A stretch of 64,000 bases of DNA from Basidiobolus meristosporus CBS 931.73 (taxonomy: Eukaryota > Fungi > Basidiobolomycota): contig MCFE01000189.1 in the NCBI GenBank assembly GCA_002104905.1, positions 62,001 through 126,000 of the forward strand, in the 5' to 3' direction. Under the pieces are notes generated by a model, which did no database searches, had not been told where the DNA came from, and worked only from the letters and a program-made list of their open reading frames with translations. Positions 12,160 through 26,008 of the stretch are shown piece by piece. Within the stretch, counting starts at the first letter, position 1. Each line of letters starts with the position of its first letter. The translations under genes were made by a program, and so were the position numbers.

Positions 12160-15100
12160 TAAGTGACTTGGAGATATTTGAGGTGATTAGTAGAACAAGT
12201 AGATTGCATGGTTCTCACTTGGTGATATATTGAACATGAGATAGTGTTAATACTCATACTTGGTTATGGAATAATAAGCATGTAGAATTAGCTTGGGAAG
12301 GATCAAGAACATATTCTAAGAGTCTGGGGGATATTGTAAGTGATTGGGAGAGCAAATAGATTATGTTGCTTTTACTTGATGATTTATTGATTGTAAGAGT
12401 ATTATTAATACTTTTACATGATTGTGGAATCACAGATGTGTTGAATAGGCTGAGGGAAGTCTCAAGAACATGTGTGCAAAGTTTAGAGCTGTTTGCACAA
12501 GTTTGGGAATTTTCATGTTCTGGGTACCTGATATTTTGGCAAGAATATTCCAAGTAAATCCCAACAAGGATATTAGTCAATATTTCCTAGGAATTGGAGG
12601 TAATGATCTAAGTGACTAAGTAGGTGACTATTTAGGTAGAATTACAAATTTTACAACACCCCCACTCAACTAAATGTTCATACTGACTAGTCCTAATTTT
12701 GACTTAAGATATTCAAACTTGTCTCTAGCTGATGGTTTGTAAATACATCTGGAAACATATTATCTAAAGGACAGTAAACTAAGCTAACTAAGTTAGTTTT
12801 TATAGCTTCACATATGAAATCAACTATAATATCTATGTGCTTAGTTCTAGCATGAAGAGTTAGATTACCATCTAATTGCATACATTCTTCATTATCCTGA
12901 AATAAAGTAATAAGTGTTTTTTAACATAAGCCTAAATCTTCAAGAAGTGTCCTTGACCTCTTTGCTTCTTTTGTAGCCTCTCATGCTACTGTATACTCTG
13001 CCTTTATGGCAGAAAATGCCATGGTTGGTTGCTTTCTTGAATTCCATGAAATTGCTGCTTTACAGTAAAGAAAGGTGTATCCTGTAGTAGCTTCACATAT
13101 GAAATGATATCTAATATCCAGGTGCTTAGTTCTAGCATGAACAGTTATATTTCTATCTAATTGCATACATCCTTCTTTATCCTGAAATAAAGTAATAGGT
13201 GTTTTTAATGTCTTGAATAAAGTAATAGGCGTCTTTAACATGAGTTTAAATCTTTAAAAAGCATCCTTGACCACATAGCTTCTTTTGTAGCTTCACATGT
13301 TGAAATACACTCTGCCTCTGTGGTAGAAAATGCTATGAATGATTGCTTTCTTGAATTCCATGAAATTGCTGCTTTACAGAAAAGTAAGGTGCTTGCTATG
13401 ATGGATCTGCTGTCTTCCAGGTTTTGTCCCCAATTAGCATCAGAGAATCCCACAAGATCCTGCCTTGAATCCTTCTAAGTGTATCATAAGCAGATATCAG
13501 CAGTTCCTTTTAGGTATCTAAAAATCTGCTTAGCTGCTGTAACACAATCATCTCCATAGTTCTGACTATGATGGCTGACAACTCTCACTAGGTATGAGAT
13601 ATCTGGACATGTTTCAAGCATGATACACATCAGACTGCAGACCGTAGATTCATAAGGAAAGTCAGAGCTTTCAAATAAAACCAAGCTCCCTTGAATTGCC
13701 TTAGTTTTGACCAAGATAAGGTTTGTCTCCATTGGGATATCTACCAGCTTAGAGACTTCCAGTTGGTGCTTCTTTGGTATATCTTGAATATATTTGAGTT
13801 GGCTTAGGGGGACAGTCTGGGCACTTTGGTCTATGGAAAACTCTGTCCTAGGTAGCAACTGAGTTATGCTAGATCAGACATTATGAACTCATTAGATAGG
13901 GTGGATTTGATCTCTTCCAATGTTTCTAGGCTATTGATGGCTTAAATGGGCTCATCCACATATAGATGCTAATAGGACTGAACTTGCTCTATCTGACTTA
14001 TAGTATATACTATAGTCAGCATTACTCCTTTTGAAACTCAAAGATTCCAACTTAGAATCTATTTTGCAATTCTAGGCTCTTGGTGATGGTTTGAGTCCAT
14101 ATAGAGACTTTTCAGGTTTGCAGACCAAGTGGGGGTTCTCTTGGTCAACAAACAAATCAGGCTGGTCCATATATGCATCCTCATCAAGTTCTTCATTCAA
14201 AAGTGCAGTTCTTATATCCATTTGATGAATATGAGCTTATATTTGGCTGCAATAGCCAATATTAATCTGTTGGAATTAATCTTGGCTACTGGTGCAAAGG
14301 CCTCAGTATAGTCAAGTTCTTTTGTTTGAGAGTATTCTTGGGCCACAAGTCTTGCTTTGTATCTCTAAATTGTACCATCAGCCTTGTATTTTGTCTTGAA
14401 GTCCCATCAACATCCTTGAATATTGGATGATTGGTTGTTTGACTAATTCTCAGGTTTGATTTTCCATTAGGACCCAAGATTCCTCAGTCATTGCAGCCCC
14501 CCAAAACTCTGTCAGAGGGCTATTTAGGGCGTCTTTTACTGTCTGGAACTTGCCAATATGGACTGAATATGCATAGGCCAAGTTTTTGCGCTCATTGATA
14601 TAGTAACTTGGACTATTTCTTGTCTGATTGGATCTCCAGGCATTTGATAGTGGAATGATCACCTCTGAGCTGTTCCTGGCCACAGATCAGGCTGTACAAC
14701 AGTTGTAGAGTCCTCGGGAGTGCAAAAATATCATTGCTTTGCTCTGATTCAATCCTGACAATGGCAGGATTTAAGATCAGATTTTTGTCATCATTGAATG
14801 TTATTTTTGCAAACATTTTGAATATAACTCAATTAACAAATCCTTGGACTTGATTAACTTCTTTGCTTTGGTATTGTAGAATTAGTATGCTTTACTCTTA
14901 TTGCAGTAGCCAAAAATATGCAATTTGCACTTTTTGGCGCAAACTCTGGCTGATTTCTGCACAGTTTCTTGGCATATGCTGTATACCCAAATATTCTTAG
15001 ATGGTCTGTACTTGGTCTGTGTCCATACCATGCTTTAAATGGAGTAAAATCACAAAGTATTCTGGTTGTAGAAAGCAACCAAAAATCAAAGGATAATCTT

Positions 15101-15345
15101 TGATTATAGATCACAGAGATTGCCATACCAGTTATTGATCTGTTTGCATATTCTGCTACTCCATTTTGCTGTGGGGAGTATGGTATAGTAGTCTCTTGCA
15201 CTATCCCATGAGTTTTACTGAAGTGGATTTAGAATAGAGGTACTTTTTCTATCATTGTCAGAGTGTATTTTCTTGATTTTTACACCAGTGCCTCCCTCTG
15301 CCATTGGTTTGAACTCCTTTAGCTTAGACAGAGCTTCTTCATTTC
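12160..15345 (-). mobile_element. Decayed Copia (integrase, RT, duplicated RNase H segments, PPT, 3' LTR ending at 12658, plus a tandem partial LTR)
   Basis: Minus-strand ORFs contain YSPQQNGVAE, GFSDANWG, STTEAE and TKHIDI. The LTR end TTACAACA at 12651-12658 lies next to the PPT complement. Confidence 0.88.
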
Positions 15346-15827
15346 TCCCTGTGAAGTATACCCATGTATATCTTGCATAATCATAAATAGTCATTGAGAT
15401 AATAGCATAGAGTATAGCTGTTTCCCCAGTAACTTACAAGATCTAAAAATCTTGTATACATTTGTTTAGATATAAATAGAAAGTTTACAACATTTCTACT
15501 CAAGTGAAACTTATATTTACTAGCTCTAACTGGAATTTAGGAGACTCAACTTTGTCTCTGGCTTTTGGTTGAGATAATATGCTGCATTCATATCATTTAT
15601 AGGACTGTAGCATATGGCAAGCAGCTGAGATGATACAACTAAAAGACAGTCACAAATCTCAATCCCAAGACTGAATGGTGTTGTTGTTATTGTGGTTGGG
15701 GTGGGTTGGTGGTTATAAAACTTTGAAAATAGAGCTTACTAAGGTGTGCTAATTAATTAACTTACCTCTACTTCAATATGGATGCATTGGCTTTCACCAA
15801 CAAGAGTCTTCAGCTCTCATGCAGAAT

Positions 15828-15900
15828 AGACTTGTTCTGTTGGATACTGTTACATAGAACCAGCTTGTGTATAGTGCTTGGTCAATCTGGCACTCTATGG
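15828..15900 (+). repeat. Left terminal inverted repeat of the AGAC-ended DNA transposon family
   Basis: agacttgttctgttggata matches the foldback terminus. Its reverse complement aligns (~70%) with 21020-21089. Preceded by AAT. Confidence 0.7.
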
Positions 15901-17559
15901 CACTCTCTGACACTCAAATTTCAACCATAATGCTAGTGGTAGGATCCAGTTGCTATTAATTTTACTCCATCTTACTGATGTTGCCCAGAACAGTTTTTTT
16001 TTGCATTATTTACCCTTCATGATGTTCTAGACAGATTTCTCTCAATGGATGTTGTCCAGTAAGAGTATACTCTGCATTAATATATATCATGACTATTTTA
16101 CCTATTCTGCTCTTTGCTAGAATATATGACTCTCCTCTGTGTTTACCTGCCAATATGCTGAATCTCTTGAGATATCCAAATGAATGCTCTGCCCTGACTT
16201 TGAAGTTATTAAATATGTCATTTTGGAGCTTCTGCTTCCTGCCAAGCTCACCATTTGTTGGCTTACTATAAGCTGCAATACATCCTAATCTCAGACAATC
16301 CTCCCCTATATAGCTAATTCTGCTGTATATTTCACCCCTCTGAAGAATTTGGGATGATTATATACCCAGAGTGCTTTGTCATGTCTATACTGAAATATGA
16401 AATCTGCAATTGATGCAATCTGATTTATGCCAATGCAATCCAAGATGCATGATGCATGATATATGGAATATTCAGGAAATACATTAGTTTTCATATGTAT
16501 TTCATATATGACCAGGTTGATGTCAACAAACTACTATATAAGTATCAAATTCATCAATATGGTCTCTAAACCAAGTCTCAACTCAACTTTAGTACAACAC
16601 AGACAAACCCTTCCCCCACCTCACAAGTGCAGACTGGACCAGAAAAGTCAATGTTGGATCTGTTTGAGTTCTTGCCAAATGATTCTAGTATTGTCCCTGT
16701 ATTATATGATGCAACTTCTTACTAATATTTGCAAAAGTATCAGACAGAGAGTAATCAAATACCTTGAGTAATCAGTGGGTAAGCTTCAAGAGGAAGAATA
16801 CAGACCAAAGCAACTGCTTCTAGATTGCAGCAGTTGCCTTGCTGGACTCCTTGCCATTCCCTGCAATGCCAGTGTGCTGGCACATGTCAGTCCAATTTAT
16901 GCCCATTCCCTCCACAAGAGCACCCCACATTGAGGTAAGGCTAGTTAGATCAATGTGTGTGCTTCAGTGCAAGACTACCAGAAATTGCCAATCTGCTGAT
17001 TGAGACATGAGTCCATTGGGGCAGGCCAAGGTTTGTTGTCATGTAATATAGCATTGAACTCAGCCAAGGGCCATACCAACACATCAAGTTACACCTGCAT
17101 GGATGTTACACCTGACCATCTGCAAGTGTCTGGTGAACTGCCTAATAATGTCCCACATGAGGTGCCTCCAGCGCCAGAGTCTTTGGCAGTTACAAGAACA
17201 TATTAGCACATGGCACTTCAGGCTGGTTCCATTACAGCATCTGGAGCAATTCAGCACGCCAAGCTCCATCATTGCACTCATTAGCTAAAGGGCAAGATAC
17301 TGACTACAAGAACACAAGTAGCCAAGATGATAGTCAGCAATGAAGTAGTTTAGGTGTGCAAAGAAAATCACTACCAAGTGCTTCAGTAGTACTCCCTGCA
17401 AGAAAAAAACAAAGAGGAAGATGATAGAGTTGCATTGAATTGTAACCATGGGTCATGGTCCAAGCAATGCATTTTTCTTTGCAATCCAAAACAAGCCATT
17501 GCAAATCAGTGTTCACTTAGTTTTTGATAAAAGTAAAATCAAAGTCATCTCAAACTTGA

Positions 17560-20500
17560 GACAGAATGCTTGTAAATAAACAACCTGCATATATATACAT
17601 CACCAGTGTATGAGTTGTGGATCTCATACAATTGACAGCAATACCATCCATTGTGCCTGCTTAAGTTGGCTATCTTGCTGATTGCTTGAGTATCTTAAGT
17701 GCAGATAATATTATGTACTCAGATGTGACAGTGTGAGAATTGGTGGCCAGCAAAAATTGCTGTTATGGTATTTACTGAATGAGAACTTACAAAGTGCCAA
17801 GGCAATGGCAGGGTCATAGATACCTTCAGCCTAGCACTTGCCTCTGAGTTGTTTGCAATGTTTGCCATTAAAAATATTGAAACTCTTTGCACTTGGTTGA
17901 TAAAGAGTGCAACACTTTATCCCTGTGAAAAATAAATTTGTCTTGCAGGTGGATCCATCCAGAACAGCCATTAAAATCCTGTCAAGAGACCGCCATAATA
18001 CCAGCAGCTTGGAAGTAATGACCATCAACACAATCTTATGATGGCATCACAATGGTATTTTGCTAATTTACGGCCAAATAAAGTTGAAAATATTACAATA
18101 TTTGTATGATGTTTTGCCAAGGGTGGCATGGCATTATTACAGTCTTAGTGCACTCTACAACAAGCTGAGTGGATCTAACCAGCCAGTACATCCAATTGCC
18201 TTGTGTGGCAAAAAGCTTGACAGTGTTTTTACAGCCTCTTTGCAAGCCTCTGATGGCATTATCACAGAAGCAAGGCAGCCTACAGCCAGTTCTGTATAGT
18301 GTATCATACCAATTTACCAAATGCTGGTATCATATACATCTTGCAAGCATATGCTTGGTTGCAACCACTTCTGCCATGAAAACCTCCTTAATATTGGCAA
18401 AGAACTTATTTGTACTTAGCCAACATATTCCTTCTCCATCCTGGATTCTAGTAACGCAATAGACGTGCTTTGATTCTTAATGTATTTATTCTGTATTGAG
18501 TGGTGTAGAAATTGGCTTGTGACAAAGACAAATCCGCCATACCTTGTAGAGTTTTCCTAATAGAAATTAGTTTCTTGTTGCACCCAGCCCAACTTTTCAT
18601 TACTTGACTTATTACCCACACATTGGGGCTACTTGGCTTCAATGCCAAAGGTAAAGGTGCTACTAAGAGTGCATCTGTCCTCAGCATTTTCCAACTCTTC
18701 CTGGCTGACAACTATGTGCCAACTCATCAGATCCATTAAGGACCTGAAGGTAGTATTCTTGATGAGATGGGGACATGGTAGTATATGCAACTTGACATGT
18801 CTTCCTATCTCTCCACACATCCACTCCGTAGGAAACTCCAAAAAGGTGAAGCAAGATCCAATATTCTTGACACACTAAGCAAGATGGAGTATGAAATCAA
18901 TACAGTAGCAGCAGAGATCTATGTTTTCCGCTGTATTATTGTAGTATAGCTGCCCAAATCCTATCATAAAATCTTTGCACAAAAGCTGTAGATGCATCAA
19001 GTTGGCATTGGTGATCCACTTCTGGATTAATATTACTACAATGCTGACATATGACTCCCAATGCTTCCAATGTACTCATGGTAAGATTGGCTTTAGAATG
19101 CCACCTAAATAAATACATATCCAGTTTATCCAGTCTTTGCATTTCTATTGTTGCATACGCATAAGAATATTGATTGGAGCCCATGCAAAGTACTTAGGGT
19201 AGTGGATACTCTGTAATATCTTGCCAATTCTTTCATATTTCTCTGGTATCTCAAAGGGTGCATTTAGCTTGAAATACCCCCAGTACAACTTGGTCATCAG
19301 TATAGGGTTACTGAAAAGCAAATACATTGCTCCAAGTGGAAAGCTTTTGCTCCAACAGATACCCTCTATCTTGAGTATCTCCAGCTTCCAGTTAATTCCA
19401 CATTCTAGCCAATGGCTTATAGCTTGCCAACTCTGCAGCTACCATCAGATTCCTGCTCTGAAAATGTAAGATAGGTGGCAGATTCAGGTTGATGAGAATC
19501 AGAGGCTAGCAGGATTTGCTAGTAGAGTACTTCTTTAATGTGAATCCATCAAGTGCCAAGGCAAAGTCATGTTCATACATACCTTCAAAGTAGCCCTTGC
19601 TTCTTAGCTGTTTGTTACATTTGCCATCAAATATACTGGATATGTTTACTCTTGATTGATACTGAGTGTGATACTTTGCAGCTGTACAATAGTTGTGCAC
19701 AAAATGAGCTTCTTTATATGGGGTATTACTGTAATACATCTGGAGTGTGAACAATACTTTCCCCCTATGGTAATGGATTCCTGACAGGTAGGACACCTTG
19801 CAGTTGTGGCATTTTCTGATGTGAATGCCATGCAACTGTTGACACATGCTGGTATCAGGACAGTCTCTGGGTCATATGTGGCCAGGCACATGATGGTTGT
19901 CCATTTATACCATGTAAATGGTAAGTTGAATCCCAGGATGACTTTGGCAAGAAGTAGTATAAAGTCTTCAAAGTCCTGTTGCTGACATTAATGGAAACGC
20001 ACCATTTCTCTTGCCACAACATCACATTGCTCACTAGTAGATGGATTACTGGCCTCACCTGACCCAACCAAGTATCATTGGCATTTCTTTTCATGGGTGT
20101 TGTTTCATTGCTTTATGGGATTTGGCCAGGCTCATGCAAGGTACTGTTGTTAGGGAAGATAGACTCATAATCCATAAGTGAGCCTGCATATTCAGTGCTA
20201 TCATCTACGTGCCATATTCAGAAGGCTGGGGTGAGCCTAAAGGTGGCACAAACTCACCTGACTCAGTTTGCACAAGGTGACAAGTACAGCTAGGCACTGT
20301 CATAGTAGTATCAAGCAGCTGGCAAGATATTGGTGGTATAGTAGTGACTAGTGAGTGGTCAAATCTGACTTGTGTGGCAAAACACTGGCCATGATCCCTA
20401 TAATACCTTCTGTGCTGTTGGCATGCTTCTTGGCCAAGAAGCTTGCTACAGTAGCCAAATGGTTTTCTCTCTTCTCCTACAGCATCAATTCAATGTAATC

Positions 20501-20690
20501 TGCCCATGGGTCATACAGTTTGACACTCAACAATGTAATGTTATTATATCACTTTTTGTCAATACTCATGTGAGTTTAAGACAGTTTTGTATTTGAGACT
20601 TTACACCTACATGAATGTAAGATTCAATTATTACCTGTCAAAGTAAGCATTGTAATAAAAGTTGGGGCTGTGGCAACTTAAGAAGTGATT
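17560..20690 (-). mobile_element. Decayed Tnp2-clan transposase, copy 2 (~18200-20690), plus an extra middle fragment (~17560-18040)
   Basis: Reverse complement is colinear with 6990-9560 (YDPETVLIPACVNSC, FALALDGF). Confidence 0.82.
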
Positions 20691-21019
20691 TGGATATAAA
20701 GAACTTATCAAGAAATTGTGATAATATTAGTACTGTTGTTTATTAATAAAGAAGCTCAGTATTTATACCTTTGTAGAAGTAATACAGCTGTAACACTAAG
20801 TAAGGAGGGGTTCTCAATATTCAGGAGCATTCTGTAATAGTGTCAGGGTTTGTACACAATGTTTAATAATAGTGCTAATTTGATCCTAACTATAAGGGAA
20901 TAATCATAAGAGCATAGATCTGAAGAAAGTGGCAAAGTTAGAGCTGTAAATTAGTCCCACAGTGACCAAGACTATTCCAGAGTTGTTTAGTAAACTTTTA
21001 GCTGCTGAATGATAGAAAT

Positions 21020-21089
21020 TATAGTGCCAGATTGATCTGACACTACAAACAGGCTGACACTATGTGGCACTATCCAATGGAACTAGTCT
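21020..21089 (-). repeat. Right terminal inverted repeat of the AGAC-ended DNA transposon family
   Basis: atgtggcactatccaatggaactagtct matches the foldback right end at 967-994. Followed by ACT. Confidence 0.75.
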
Positions 21090-21430
21090 ACTTGCTCATC
21101 AGTAATATGCCTATCCTAATGATTATGCTGCACCTGGGCATTTCAACCTAATTGAGCCCTTTGAGATAAATAAGCATTTCATAGGAGTTGGCAAGATATT
21201 ACAGAGTATCTGCTGTACAAAGTACCTTTTACAAGGCCCAATTAGTATTCTTATCAATATGCAGTAATGCAAATGAGAGGACTGGATGAACTGGATATGA
21301 ATTTGTTGAAGTATCCTTCTGAAGCCATTTCTATCATAGGTATATTGCAAGCACCAGGAGTCACATGTTGACATTGTTCAAGTAATTATTAAGAAGCAGA
21401 TCACCAGTGCCAATTTGGTGCATCTGCTGC

Positions 21431-21806
21431 TGTTATGATCTGCCGCTTGAATGTTTAAGTTAGATCAGTATTTAGTCAAATCAATTAGTATATGTTTAGG
21501 TTACAAGTATATCAGTATTATCTATGAAATCAGTAGCATTAGTCAGCAAATGAATCAGCAGATCCTTATCAGACAGAAATAGATATATTAAGTAGGATCT
21601 TATTGGGTGATGATGATGCAATCAAATGAGCCATCAGCCACAACCTACATTAGGAAATACAATTAGTCAGCAATTGATCTTGCAAATTGTATATAAGGAA
21701 CTGCTGGAACCTCAATAAAAATCAGTTCAAGTTTAGTGAATACAATACTAGCTAAACTCCCTATTCCTCTACAACTCTTATACCAAGACTTGTAACATTT
21801 GTAACA
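21431..21806 (+). repeat. Gypsy 5' LTR (376 bp)
   Basis: Direct repeat of 26009-26385; TATATAA and AATAAA present. Confidence 0.97.
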
Positions 21807-21807
21807 T

Positions 21808-21817
21808 TGGTAGCAGC
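21808..21817 (+). promoter_or_regulatory. Gypsy primer-binding site, probably for the 3' end of initiator tRNA-Met
   Basis: TGGTAGCAG is complementary to the ...CUGCUACCA 3' end typical of eukaryotic tRNAiMet. The host tRNA itself is not in the window. Confidence 0.7.
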
Positions 21818-21864
21818 AATAACCAGAAACCTCCCTCCTGAAGAAAGAAGAAACCACCCTCAAG

Positions 21865-24800
21865 ATGTTGGACAATCAACAATGGAAGAATGCCATGCAG
21901 CAAATCCTGGCCCAACAGCAACAGTTACTCCAGATCCTCAGCCAACAGCAACTAGGAATGACTACCATGGCTCAGAGCCAGCAAAGCCCTGTCAAGAGCA
22001 ACTTTAATGTGAAGGTCAACCGGTACCATGGCAGAGTCAATGAAAACCTGGGAACTTGGCTCTTTCAGATTGAAGAAGCTTTTAAAGCTAAAGGAATTGC
22101 TCCACAGAGCAAGTTGCATTATGCAGCTTTTTACCTGGCAGATGCAGCTTTACAGTGGTACCACAACAAGATCAGGTCAGCTACTATGATGGGATGCTCT
22201 ACAATCCCTACCTGGGATGAGTGTGTGTCGGAAATTCAGGATACTTTTGAACCTCCACACCAGCAGACACTACTAAGAAGGAAGTTAAAGACACTCAGAC
22301 AGAAAGGAATGGTGCAAGAATACATCTATGAGTACAGATGTCTACTTGGACAAATTGAAAGAATGGACCCCTTGGATCAAGTTGAATACTTTATTGATGG
22401 GTTGAAAGAAAGAACTTGCAAGGAAGTCAATTACCAAAGACCTCAGACTATTGAAGAAGCCATCAAGATTGCCATTGACTATGACTCAGCTATGTTTGGA
22501 GTTGGGAAGCCTACAGTGACTAATCAGAAAGGCTATAATCATTTTGAAAGAAGACAATCAGAAGCAGTACCAATGGAAATAGACGCTTTGCAGAAGAATC
22601 CCTCCTCAGAAGAATGCAAGAAGAGAGGACTTTGCTTCAATTGCCACCAGCAGGGACATATTGCAAAGTACTGCCCTCGGAGAAGAAATGGACACCAGCC
22701 AACAAGAACCTTCAACCATATTGAGTCCCATGAACACAGTAATGTGGAAGAAGAGCTTGAAGAAGACTTGGAACTCACCTTCCATATGACAGGAGAGTAC
22801 TTGTCCCAAATGACTTCAAACTTAGGGAAGTTATTATACTTGAATGGAGTAATCAATGGAGTACCTGCCAAGATCATGATTGACTCAGGAGTATTGCATG
22901 AGAAAATGTCAGAGCAATTTGCTTTGAAAGCTGGAATCAACTCGGAACCTACCAAATCAACTTCAGTCTCCACAGCTGATGGGAACTCCCACATAATCAA
23001 CCGTATTACCCAGCCAGTAAGAATGAAGATCAATGACTATGAAGAAGACCTACAGGCTTATATATTTGGGAACTGCAAGTTTGACCTTGTACTGGGGAAA
23101 ACCTGGCTATTTTGTTGTAATCCATCAATCAACTGGAGAACCCATGCTACTCAGATCCAAAAAGACAACAAGACCTATGAGCTATTACCTGCCAGGCTGG
23201 ATTTCAACTTGGTCAATTCCAGTGTGTGTGAGACAAGTGAACTTAGCAAGACCCAGTTCTGTAGAGCACTTAGAAAAGGTACCCAGATGTTCCTCATGGC
23301 GGTATTACAGGAGGATTCCTCTACCCCAGCACCCCAGCAGGTCCAGACTCTCTTGAAGAAATATTCAGACGTGTTTCCAGATGAGCTTGTAAGCCTACCA
23401 CCAGTCAGAGACGTGGATCATGCCATTGACACAGGAGATAGCCCTCCAGTGAGTAAGACACCTTACAGAATGAGTCCATTGGAATTGGAGGAAATGAAGA
23501 GACAAATTGATCAGCTATTGGAGCAAAGGTACATCAGGCCTAGCAAGTCACCCTGGGGAGCACCAGTGCTTTTTGTGAAAAAGAAGGATGGAACACTTAG
23601 GATGTGCATTGACTACAGAGCCCTGAACTCAGTTACCGTCAAGAATAAGTACCCCATACCTTGGATTGATGAGCTTTTGGACCAACTTAATGGAGCCACT
23701 ATTTTCAGCAAGATTGACCTCATGTCAGGATACAAACAAATTAGGGTGAAACCAGAGGATATTCCTAAGACAGCATTTAGGACCAGATATGGACATTACA
23801 AGTACTTAGTCATGAGTTTTGGCCTCACTAATGCCCCTGCAACATTCATGATGCTGATGCAGACTGTCTTTCAGGAGTACTTAGACAAGTTTGTGATAAT
23901 CTACCTGGATGACATATTGATATACAGCAAGACAGAAGAGGATCACGTAGTGCACATTGAAAAGGTCTTGAAGAAACTAAGAGAGAACAAGCTATATGGC
24001 AAGCTAGCCCAGTGTGAATTCTTCAAGGAACATGTTGAATACCTGGGACACATAGTGACTAGCACAGGAGTGACCTTGGACCCTAAGAAGGTGGAAGTAA
24101 TCAAGAATTTGAAGCAGCCCCATAGCATATCAGAACTCAGATCCTTCCTTGGAATGGTTTCCTATTATTGGAGATTTGTCAAGTCATTTGCAAGTATTGC
24201 AGCCCCTTTAGCTGATATCCTCAAGAAAGACAATACCTACAAGTGGGACATAGCTTGTGAGTCTGCCTTCCAGACGCTCAAGAATGAACTTGCTAAGCTG
24301 CCAAGCCTAAGAATACCAGACTTCAGAAAAGAGTTCACTCTGTGCACAGATGCTTCAGATTATGCAATTGGTGAAGTGCTGAGCCAAGAACACAAGGGAA
24401 AGGACTACCCTGTTGCCTTTGAATCCAAGAAACTGAACTCAGCAGAACAAAACTATACAGTCCATGAGAAGGAGATGCTTGCTATAATACACTGTTTGAA
24501 GACATGGAGATGCTATATTGAAGGAGTCAAATGCACTGTGAAGACTGATCATGCCTCCCTCAAGTATTTATTTACTCAGAAGGTACTCACTAGAAGAATG
24601 ACAAGATGGAGTGAATACATTCAGCAATTTGACCTGGAGATTGTCTACTGCCCTGGAAAAAACAACACGGTTGCTGATGCCTTATCAAGATTAGATCAAG
24701 TTGCACAACTCAACTTGGTGCATGAATCAGATTGGCCTAGCCTATTACCAAAGTACTTGGAGGACCAAGCCATTCCTAATGAGGTGGATGAAGACATCAA

Positions 24801-25998
24801 GAAGATAATCCGTGATGAAGCCAGCAAATTTGTTGTACAGGATGAAACACTCTACCAAATTGTTGATAGAAGCCCTATTGCCTATTGTCCTTATGTTGCT
24901 TGCCTGGATTTAATACATAAGCTACACAAAGGATATGGACATCTTGGGATTGAAGGAACCTATAGCCTTGTGAAAGCCAGAGCATGGTGGCCCAGAATGA
25001 AACAAGATATTGAGAAGCTAGTGAAAACATGCCCAAACTGCCAAATCAATCAAGGCCAGCCACAAAGAATTGCCGAACTCTTCCCTTTGGAGCCTGTAAG
25101 ACCATTTGAGAGATGGGGAATTGACTTTATTGGAAGACTGCCAACTACCAGGAAATGCAACCGTTGGATCCTAGTAGCTATTGACCATGCCACTAAATGG
25201 CCAGTTGCTAAAGCTGTACCAATAGCCAGTGAACAAGAAGTTGCAAGTTTCATTTACCATGAGATCCTGATGAAGTTTGGATGCCCTGTGGAGATCTTAT
25301 CCAATAGAGGTGCAAACTTTATGGCAAAGACATTAGAGGCTTACCTGGAAATGCAGCAGATCAGACACTTGAAAACCTTGGCATATCACCCCAGAACTAA
25401 TGGAGTCACTGAGCGGTTTAATGGATTATTTGGAAAAATGCTGACCAAGTATGCAAATGGAGTTGTCAGTAGATGGGATGAGTATATAGACCAAGCACTC
25501 TTTGCATGCAGAGTCAGAGTACACAACACCACCCAGCAATCACCATTTTACTTAGTTTATGGATGTGAACCAAGGATTCCAGGAGATCTCACACAACCAA
25601 AGCTTACAGACATCTTAGAAGATGAACTCAGTCAGCCAAGTAGACACCAGCAACTAGAACAAAGACGTCAAGAGGCACAGACCAAAGTATCTCAAAGTGC
25701 AGAAAAGATGAAGCAGAGATTTGATAAGACTATAGCACCAGAAGCATTGACAGTTGGGAACTTTGTATTGCTAAGAAACAACACTTGGAAGAAGTTTGAG
25801 CCACAATGGACAGGACCATTCAAGATCATCAGAGAATGTCCATTTGCAACTTACCAACTGGTGGACAAACAAGGCAATATCCGAGAAGACTTAGTGCATA
25901 GGGACAGACTCAAGCTTGCAAGACTTGCTGATAATACTGAACCATCAAGATATTGGTATCACAAGAAAAGAGATCCAGGAGAACCCTCTCAACTTTAG
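21865..25998 (+). CDS. gag-pol: Gypsy Gag-Pol polyprotein, 1377 aa (Gag, CCHC knuckle, protease, RT, RNase H, integrase with GPF motif, no chromodomain)
   Basis: [36 protein letters not shown] zinc finger, WGIDFIG, ILSNRG (catalytic D replaced by N), TERFN, WTGPF. Domain order PR-RT-RH-IN. Confidence 0.97.
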   Translation: MLDNQQWKNAMQQILAQQQQLLQILSQQQLGMTTMAQSQQSPVKSNFNVKVNRYHGRVNENLGTWLFQIEEAFKAKGIAPQSKLHYAAFYLADAALQWYHNKIRSATMMGCSTIPTWDECVSEIQDTFEPPHQQTLLRRKLKTLRQKGMVQEYIYEYRCLLGQIERMDPLDQVEYFIDGLKERTCKEVNYQRPQTIEEAIKIAIDYDSAMFGVGKPTVTNQKGYNHFERRQSEAVPMEIDALQKNPSSEECKKRGLCFNCHQQGHIAKYCPRRRNGHQPTRTFNHIESHEHSNVEEELEEDLELTFHMTGEYLSQMTSNLGKLLYLNGVINGVPAKIMIDSGVLHEKMSEQFALKAGINSEPTKSTSVSTADGNSHIINRITQPVRMKINDYEEDLQAYIFGNCKFDLVLGKTWLFCCNPSINWRTHATQIQKDNKTYELLPARLDFNLVNSSVCETSELSKTQFCRALRKGTQMFLMAVLQEDSSTPAPQQVQTLLKKYSDVFPDELVSLPPVRDVDHAIDTGDSPPVSKTPYRMSPLELEEMKRQIDQLLEQRYIRPSKSPWGAPVLFVKKKDGTLRMCIDYRALNSVTVKNKYPIPWIDELLDQLNGATIFSKIDLMSGYKQIRVKPEDIPKTAFRTRYGHYKYLVMSFGLTNAPATFMMLMQTVFQEYLDKFVIIYLDDILIYSKTEEDHVVHIEKVLKKLRENKLYGKLAQCEFFKEHVEYLGHIVTSTGVTLDPKKVEVIKNLKQPHSISELRSFLGMVSYYWRFVKSFASIAAPLADILKKDNTYKWDIACESAFQTLKNELAKLPSLRIPDFRKEFTLCTDASDYAIGEVLSQEHKGKDYPVAFESKKLNSAEQNYTVHEKEMLAIIHCLKTWRCYIEGVKCTVKTDHASLKYLFTQKVLTRRMTRWSEYIQQFDLEIVYCPGKNNTVADALSRLDQVAQLNLVHESDWPSLLPKYLEDQAIPNEVDEDIKKIIRDEASKFVVQDETLYQIVDRSPIAYCPYVACLDLIHKLHKGYGHLGIEGTYSLVKARAWWPRMKQDIEKLVKTCPNCQINQGQPQRIAELFPLEPVRPFERWGIDFIGRLPTTRKCNRWILVAIDHATKWPVAKAVPIASEQEVASFIYHEILMKFGCPVEILSNRGANFMAKTLEAYLEMQQIRHLKTLAYHPRTNGVTERFNGLFGKMLTKYANGVVSRWDEYIDQALFACRVRVHNTTQQSPFYLVYGCEPRIPGDLTQPKLTDILEDELSQPSRHQQLEQRRQEAQTKVSQSAEKMKQRFDKTIAPEALTVGNFVLLRNNTWKKFEPQWTGPFKIIRECPFATYQLVDKQGNIREDLVHRDRLKLARLADNTEPSRYWYHKKRDPGEPSQL

Positions 25999-26008
25999 TA
26001 GGGGAGAA

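Noticed and set aside
22539-23033. 164-aa minus-strand ORF, and similar antisense ORFs inside the Gypsy, Copia and subtilisin genes
   Set aside because: Shadow ORFs of real plus-strand coding sequence with no independent motifs.
25900-25998. Possible chromodomain at the Gypsy integrase C-terminus
   Set aside because: Only ~25 aa follow the GPF module, and there is no aromatic-cage or YLVKW pattern.
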